From: Verrucomicrobiota bacterium
GTDB lineage: Bacteria; Verrucomicrobiota; Verrucomicrobiia; Limisphaerales; UBA8199
Direction of reading: 5' to 3'
Assembly (NCBI GenBank): GCA_050011195.1
Contig: JBEKJO010000004.1
Location: 10,619 to 74,618 of the forward strand
Length of the DNA stretch: 64,000 nucleotides
The number at the start of each line of letters is the position of its first letter. Position 1 is the first letter of the stretch. The notes below the pieces were generated by a model. It had not been told where the DNA came from and did no database searches. It saw nothing but the letters and a program-made list of their open reading frames with translations. The position numbers were made by a program, and so were the translations under genes. Of the stretch, positions 59,171 to 64,000 are shown one piece after another.

Positions 59171-59250
59171 GGGAGGGCGAGCGTCCTCGCGAGCCCAAAC
59201 TTCTCCGGGAAATTCTATAAGCCACGGCTCGCGGGGACGCTCGCCCTCCC
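59171..59250. repeat. 80-bp REP doublet, right flank of RAYT (79/80 identical to left, same orientation)
   Basis: Direct comparison with 58589..58668: only gctctccc vs gccctccc differs. Confidence 0.93.
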
Positions 59251-59278
59251 GGAACACGCCCCGTCAGGGTTTCTGGGC

Positions 59279-59923
59279 CTACGCGGCGACTTTCTGCGTC
59301 AGCAGGGCTTCGACCGCTTCGGGCAGGTTGGCGCAAAGGGTGTCGAACAAGGCGCGGCATTGGCGTTCGGAAAGCCGCAACATGCGGGCGGCCGAATAGA
59401 TGAAACCGCGGGTGGTCTGGTGGGCGTAACCGAGCAGGCCCTGCCGCAACGGGAGCGAATAGACGGCCAGCGTCAGGCCATAGACCAGCGTGTGCCAGCC
59501 GTCGGCCTGGTCGCTTTCGGCGGCGTGAAGGTAGCGCTGCACCACGCGCTGATCGCGCAAGGGGCGGAGCTTCCGCAATTGGCTTCGCCCGACGCGGCGG
59601 CTGGCGGAGGCGAAGGCGCGCAGGAGGGGCTCTGCCGCGAGGCGGCGGTCGAGCGCGACGAGTTCACGCACTTCGTGGCGCGTCGCGTGGCCGTAGGCCT
59701 CGTGGATAGCCGGCAATTCGAAGGGAAGGAGGATTTGGGACTGATAATCGCGCAGGAACTGGCGGAGCGAGGGCAGATTATGGACCGGGGCCAGGCGCAG
59801 ACAGGCGGAAACCGAGCCGAGCGTGACCAGGCCGTCGGCGGAGCCGAGCTGCTCGGCCAGGGGATGCCAATCGCCCAGCCATTCGGCCGCGTCGTTCAGC
59901 GCCAATTGTGTTTGGTTGACCAT
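59279..59923 (-). CDS. UreF-like protein without urease genes nearby
   Basis: LVALDRRL...ASRRVGRSQL...HTLVYGL...AARMLRL...C. Confidence 0.65.
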   Translation of the reverse strand: MVNQTQLALNDAAEWLGDWHPLAEQLGSADGLVTLGSVSACLRLAPVHNLPSLRQFLRDYQSQILLPFELPAIHEAYGHATRHEVRELVALDRRLAAEPLLRAFASASRRVGRSQLRKLRPLRDQRVVQRYLHAAESDQADGWHTLVYGLTLAVYSLPLRQGLLGYAHQTTRGFIYSAARMLRLSERQCRALFDTLCANLPEAVEALLTQKVAA

Positions 59924-60061
59924 GTCAGTGGTCGGCCAGTCCAGTCCGCAAGGTCTGGATGCTCGCCAGATCAGTTTTACCGTGGACTCGCTGCCGAACG
60001 AATGCCAGCAGCAAAAGCGCAAAATGCGAGATTAAAACCTTGCCACCGGCGTTCCGGCTGC

Positions 60062-60763
60062 TTAGACTCCGCTTGCCCCCCTGCTACGGTCGCGATTCAA
60101 CGCGGCGAGCGTCTCCACGATCCTGTGCCAATGGGTGCCGTGCCAGAAGAGCTTGTCGCAGCGGCGGCACGCGAAGAATTCGTCGAGCCAGCGGTAGGTC
60201 CGGGGCGGAATGCGCTCGCGCAAGGCCTCCTTGGAAACGCGGCGCAGCTCGCCGCCGCAACTCATGCAGCGCGGCCCGCGGAGCGTCAGGCCGAACTCGC
60301 GGAACACCAGCGCCAGTTGCTCCGGGATGCTCAGCGTGGGCGGCAGCCAGAAGGCGGGAATGATCCGGTCGCGCAGGAGCCGGCGTTCCATCAACATGCC
60401 GTCTGTGGTCAGGACTGTGGCCGGAATGACGCGCGCCTGGCGCAGTAACTCGTCATCCGCGATGTCCGGCTGCCAAGCGGCCTCGTAGCCGGCTGCCCGC
60501 AGCCAGCGGGCCAGCCCGCCCAGGCCGGCATCGCAGAGAAACAGGTTGGGCGCCGGCTGCGAAGCGGACGGTTGGAAAGGCTTGCGGGTGGCGAGGTGCT
60601 CATAGACTTGCGCCAGGGCGTCGGCCAGGGAAATGCGTTCGCGTGCGCTCAGGCGTTGGGCCTTCGCGACCAGCCATTGCACGCCTGGTTCCAGCCGTCG
60701 CGCCCGCGCGCGTCGCAGCAGCGCGCGAAACCGGTCCTCGTAACCTCTCCGAATGCGGCTCAC
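60062..60763 (-). CDS. Mut7-C RNase domain protein
   Basis: FLCDAGLGGLARWLRAAGY, LTTD, RCMSCGG, CRRCDKLFWHGTHW. Confidence 0.88.
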   Translation of the reverse strand: MSRIRRGYEDRFRALLRRARARRLEPGVQWLVAKAQRLSARERISLADALAQVYEHLATRKPFQPSASQPAPNLFLCDAGLGGLARWLRAAGYEAAWQPDIADDELLRQARVIPATVLTTDGMLMERRLLRDRIIPAFWLPPTLSIPEQLALVFREFGLTLRGPRCMSCGGELRRVSKEALRERIPPRTYRWLDEFFACRRCDKLFWHGTHWHRIVETLAALNRDRSRGASGV

Positions 60764-60835
60764 CTCCGCAGTTTAGCCGCAAAAGGACGCGGAAACCGCA
60801 AAAAGTTCTATGAGGCTGTTTGAAAACCCAGCCCG

Positions 60836-60915
60836 GGGAGGGCGAGCGTCCTCGCGAGCCTTGATTGCCAGAGACTCCCGGAACTGTTTGGGCTTGCGAG
60901 GACGCTCGCCCTCCC
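60836..60915. repeat. REP doublet of the RAYT-flanking family
   Basis: gggagggcgagcgtcctcgcgagcc...gtttgggcttgcgaggacgctcgccctccc. Confidence 0.9.
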
Positions 60916-60976
60916 CAACCGCCACCCTCTAAGAATACTGCCGTGTAATCCGTGTTGTTCGTGGTAAAAGAGACGT

Positions 60977-62164
60977 ATGAAGCTGAGCTTGTTTGTCGTT
61001 GCTGCGCTCCTGGCGGCGAACTCGCCCGCCGCGGATTGGGCCCAGTGGCGCGGGCCGAATCGCACTGGCATTTCTTCGGAGAAAGTCAGTGCGGCGTGGC
61101 CCGCCGATGGGCCTAAGCTCCTCTGGCGCGCCGCGGTCGGCACGGGTTTTTCGTCGATCTCAGTCAGCCAGGGGCGGGTGTACACGATGGGAAACACGAA
61201 CAACGAGGACACGATCTGGTGCTTCGAGGCCGGCACCGGCAAAAGGATTTGGCAACACACTTACCCCGCGCAGCTCAGCCCGCAATGGTACGAAGGCGGC
61301 CCGGGCGCGACCCCCACCATTGAGGGCAACCGCGTCTTCACGATCAGCAAATGGGGCGACGTCTTCTGCCTCGACGCGGCGACGGGCACCGTCCTCTGGC
61401 AGCGGGACCTGCGCCGGGACGGTGTAAAACCCAACCGGTGGGGCTTTGCCGGGTCACCGCTCGTATGGGGCGAGTTGGTGATTCTCAACGCCGGCACAGC
61501 CGGCATCGCGCTGGACCGCAACACGGGCGGCATCGTCTGGTCCAACGGCACCAACGCCGCCGGCTACGCCAGCCCGACGCGCTTTGCTGCCGGCGGCACA
61601 GAAGCCGTGTTGATCTTCGCGGCCAAACACCTGGTTGCTCTCGACCCGCAGAGCGGGCGCGAACTCTGGCGCCAGTTCTGGGAGACAGACTGGGACACCA
61701 ACAACACGGACCCGCTGGTCCGCGGCGAGGGCATCTTCCTCTCCAGCTTCAGCCGCGGCTGCGCGTTGTTGTCCTTGGCGAACGGCAAGCCGGAGGTCAC
61801 TTACACCAACAAGGTGCTGCATAATCATCTCAGCCCGGGCATTCTGGTGGGCGAATATCTGTATGCCTTCAACGGGGAGGCCAAACAGGACACAGACTTC
61901 CGCTGCCTCCACCTGCCCACCGGAGAATTGAAGTGGGCGCGCAAAGACCCCGCGTTCGGCTCGCTGATTCTGGCTGCAGACAAGCTGATCGTCCTTTCCG
62001 AGAAAGGCGAATTGCTGCTGGCCGAACCCTCGCCCGCCGAATTCAAACCGCTGGCGCGGGCGCGGGTGCTGAGCGGCGTTTGCTGGACGCCGCCCGCGCT
62101 GGCCAACGGGCGGCTCTACGTTCGCAATGCCAGAGGAGAGCTGCGCTGCCTCGAATTGAAGTGA
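60977..62164 (+). CDS. Secreted PQQ-like beta-propeller protein
   Basis: ADWAQWRGPNRTG, GFSS, ATP, GSP, GYASP, WTPPALANGRLYVR. Confidence 0.88.
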   Translation: MKLSLFVVAALLAANSPAADWAQWRGPNRTGISSEKVSAAWPADGPKLLWRAAVGTGFSSISVSQGRVYTMGNTNNEDTIWCFEAGTGKRIWQHTYPAQLSPQWYEGGPGATPTIEGNRVFTISKWGDVFCLDAATGTVLWQRDLRRDGVKPNRWGFAGSPLVWGELVILNAGTAGIALDRNTGGIVWSNGTNAAGYASPTRFAAGGTEAVLIFAAKHLVALDPQSGRELWRQFWETDWDTNNTDPLVRGEGIFLSSFSRGCALLSLANGKPEVTYTNKVLHNHLSPGILVGEYLYAFNGEAKQDTDFRCLHLPTGELKWARKDPAFGSLILAADKLIVLSEKGELLLAEPSPAEFKPLARARVLSGVCWTPPALANGRLYVRNARGELRCLELK

Positions 62165-62316
62165 GAACGATCCTGTCTCGGTATCGCCAGGGTTGTGGCC
62201 CGGATCGAGCGGAAAGATTTTGGCGGACGCACCCGGTAGTTTTTTGTGGTAGTTTTTGTGTTGCGTTCGGAGCCGAAGCAGTTACTGTACCGCGCTCGAT
62301 TCTAAACACCTGAGCT

Positions 62317-62571
62317 TTGAACGCCGAATTTGTAAAAAAAGCGCTGGAGAAAGTTGGCAACCCCAACGTTCTGGTCAACTTGATTTCACGCCGCGTCCGC
62401 CAGCTCACTTCCGGCGGGGGCAAGATAAGCCGGCCCCTGGTGGCCGACACTGGCCATCTGGGAGCGGCGGACATCGCGCTGCTGGAAATCATTGAAGACA
62501 AAATGGGGTTTGAGATGCCCGAGTTGGTGGAACTGATCCGGCCAGTGGCGAAGAAGCGCAAGAAGCGTTAG
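62317..62571 (+). CDS. rpoZ: RNA polymerase omega subunit
   Basis: ALEKVGNPNVLVNLISRRVRQL...RPLV...IALLEI. Confidence 0.85.
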   Translation: MNAEFVKKALEKVGNPNVLVNLISRRVRQLTSGGGKISRPLVADTGHLGAADIALLEIIEDKMGFEMPELVELIRPVAKKRKKR

Positions 62572-62679
62572 CGCGCCGCCGGGGGGCCATCGGGAGGCGC
62601 TGGGGGGATTAGCAGCCGGTGGATGAGTGAGATGGGTGTCGCTGCTGCTTTTGTTCAGCTCAGCCACTTAATCAATCTT

Positions 62680-63135
62680 ATGGCAGACATTCTGACCAAT
62701 CCCAAAGCGCGGCGTGATTATCATATCCTGGAGACCTTCGAGGCAGGCATCGTCCTGCACGGCACGGAGGTCAAGGCGTTGCGCGCGGGCAAAGGGCAGA
62801 TCAGCGACGCCTTTGCCCGGGTGGAGAATGACGAGGTTTATCTTTACAACGCCCACATCGACGAGTATTCGCACGGGAATCTGCAGAATCACCAGCCCAA
62901 GGCCCCGCGCAAATTACTGCTGCACAAATCGGAAATCCGGAAGCTGTTCGGGCTGGCGGCGGTCAAAGGCAATGCGCTGGTGCCGCTCGCGTTTTACTGG
63001 AAGAACAGGAAGGTCAAAGTGGCGCTGGCGGTGGGCAAAGGCAAAGCCCAGTACGACAAGCGCGAGGACTTGAAGCAACGCGAGGCCGACCGCGAACTCA
63101 AGCGCGCGACCATGCGGCGCTTCAAGGAGAGCTGA
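62680..63135 (+). CDS. smpB: SsrA-binding protein SmpB
   Basis: NPKARRDY...FEAGIVL.GTEVKALR, RKLLLHKSEI, GKGK..YDKR. Confidence 0.96.
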   Translation: MADILTNPKARRDYHILETFEAGIVLHGTEVKALRAGKGQISDAFARVENDEVYLYNAHIDEYSHGNLQNHQPKAPRKLLLHKSEIRKLFGLAAVKGNALVPLAFYWKNRKVKVALAVGKGKAQYDKREDLKQREADRELKRATMRRFKES

Positions 63136-63205
63136 GCGGAAAAAGTGTTTGCAATTTGCCGCAGCGCATGAATTTAATGACCCCATAAAACGTCAAACAG
63201 TTCCC

Positions 63206-64000
63206 ATGCGCCCACCATTCAGGCTGAGCAGCACGTCCAAAGCAGCGGCGCTCGTCGCGCTGCTGCTGGGTTCATTCACTGCGTGCCAAAATCCCAAGCC
63301 CACACCTCCCAGCCCGCCGCCGGTCAAATACAGCAAGAACTACGACCCGGAAATCAAGGAAATCATGGATCTGGCCGACCGGGGACACTGGGAAGAAGCG
63401 CAAACCAAGGCCACCGCCTTGCGCGAAATGGCCCCCAAGAGTTCCTTGGTGGAGCGGGTGTACAATTGGGTGGTTCAGACCGGACAGCAGCGGCGCGAGC
63501 AGGCGCTGGAAAACGAAATCCGGGAAATCGATGCCAAGAATTCCGTCTTTAATCCCACCATTAAGAGCCTGCTCAAAGAGAACAAGGATCGCGGTTTGTC
63601 GGCGCACAAGGACATTCGCGATGTGGTGGATCGCATCGAGAATTCCCCCTGGATTCCCGATACCTACGGGAAAACCGTGCATGAGAAAGGCCCGCTGTTC
63701 GACTTTGAAAGCGCCAAAGGCCACATGGTGAAGATGATGGAGAAAGAAGTGACGGTCCACCTGGATAATGTGCCGCTCGAGACCATGCTGGTTAACCTCA
63801 GCCAGACGGCGGGAGTGAACATCGTGGCGGACAAGTCCCTGCCGGCCTTGAAGCAGGTGCTGAGTGTGAACCTGGACAAAGTGAAGCTGGGCGAGTTTCT
63901 CCGGTACGTCGCCCGCAACTATGACTTGCAGTTCCAGGTCGGCGACGAGTTGGTCTGGGTGGTGGACGCCAAAGACCCGAAGCGGCTGATGGAAGAAACC
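63206..64000 (+). CDS. Secretin-like lipoprotein, N-terminal part (runs off window)
   Basis: Manual translation, open to window end: lipobox FTAC, then VTVHLDNVPL...L...AGVNIVAD...LSVNL..VKL.EFL..V, resembling secretin N0/STN domain. Confidence 0.7.
   Translation, partial: MRPPFRLSSTSKAAALVALLLGSFTACQNPKPTPPSPPPVKYSKNYDPEIKEIMDLADRGHWEEAQTKATALREMAPKSSLVERVYNWVVQTGQQRREQALENEIREIDAKNSVFNPTIKSLLKENKDRGLSAHKDIRDVVDRIENSPWIPDTYGKTVHEKGPLFDFESAKGHMVKMMEKEVTVHLDNVPLETMLVNLSQTAGVNIVADKSLPALKQVLSVNLDKVKLGEFLRYVARNYDLQFQVGDELVWVVDAKDPKRLMEET

Noticed and set aside
58589-59250. Possible CRISPR repeats
   Set aside because: Two 80-bp units around a gene, no spacer array, no cas genes; fits REP doublets.
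62572-63205. tmRNA or tRNA near smpB
   Set aside because: Gaps are too short for tmRNA and show no acceptor-stem or T-loop signature.

Overview
High-GC bacterial chromosome segment. Gene content points to Verrucomicrobiota (inference): prepilin/H-X9-DG protein, PEP-CTERM, PQQ-like propellers, Tat-exported Gfo/Idh/MocA. Left end: start of a minus-strand bacterial microcompartment operon of the sugar-phosphate-utilisation type (RpiB-DeoC fusion with an internal encapsulation-peptide-like helix, BMC-T, BMC-H, BMC-P, a low-GC inserted gene, acylating aldehyde dehydrogenase running off the window). 7-23 kb: glycosyltransferases, two TMTC-like GT-C/TPR paralogs, a pilin-like gene and a Thr-rich secreted protein. 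25-36 kb: A-family cytochrome c oxidase operon with subunit II last, plus heme a/o synthases and SCO. 39-43.4 kb: AT-richer islet with a SIR2-like protein and two toxin-antitoxin pairs whose toxins are broken. Right part: radical SAM, mpl, sialidase-like, SSS transporter, a REP-associated tyrosine transposase (RAYT) between two 80-bp near-identical REP doublets, UreF-like, Mut7-C, rpoZ, smpB and a partial secretin-like lipoprotein. The window is dense in REP/MITE-like palindromes and 7-bp tandem tracts, many inside reading frames, and many genes have a -10-like hexamer 5-7 nt before the start codon (apparent leaderless genes). No tRNA, rRNA or CRISPR array was recognised. All calls come from motif recognition by eye; no database searches were run.
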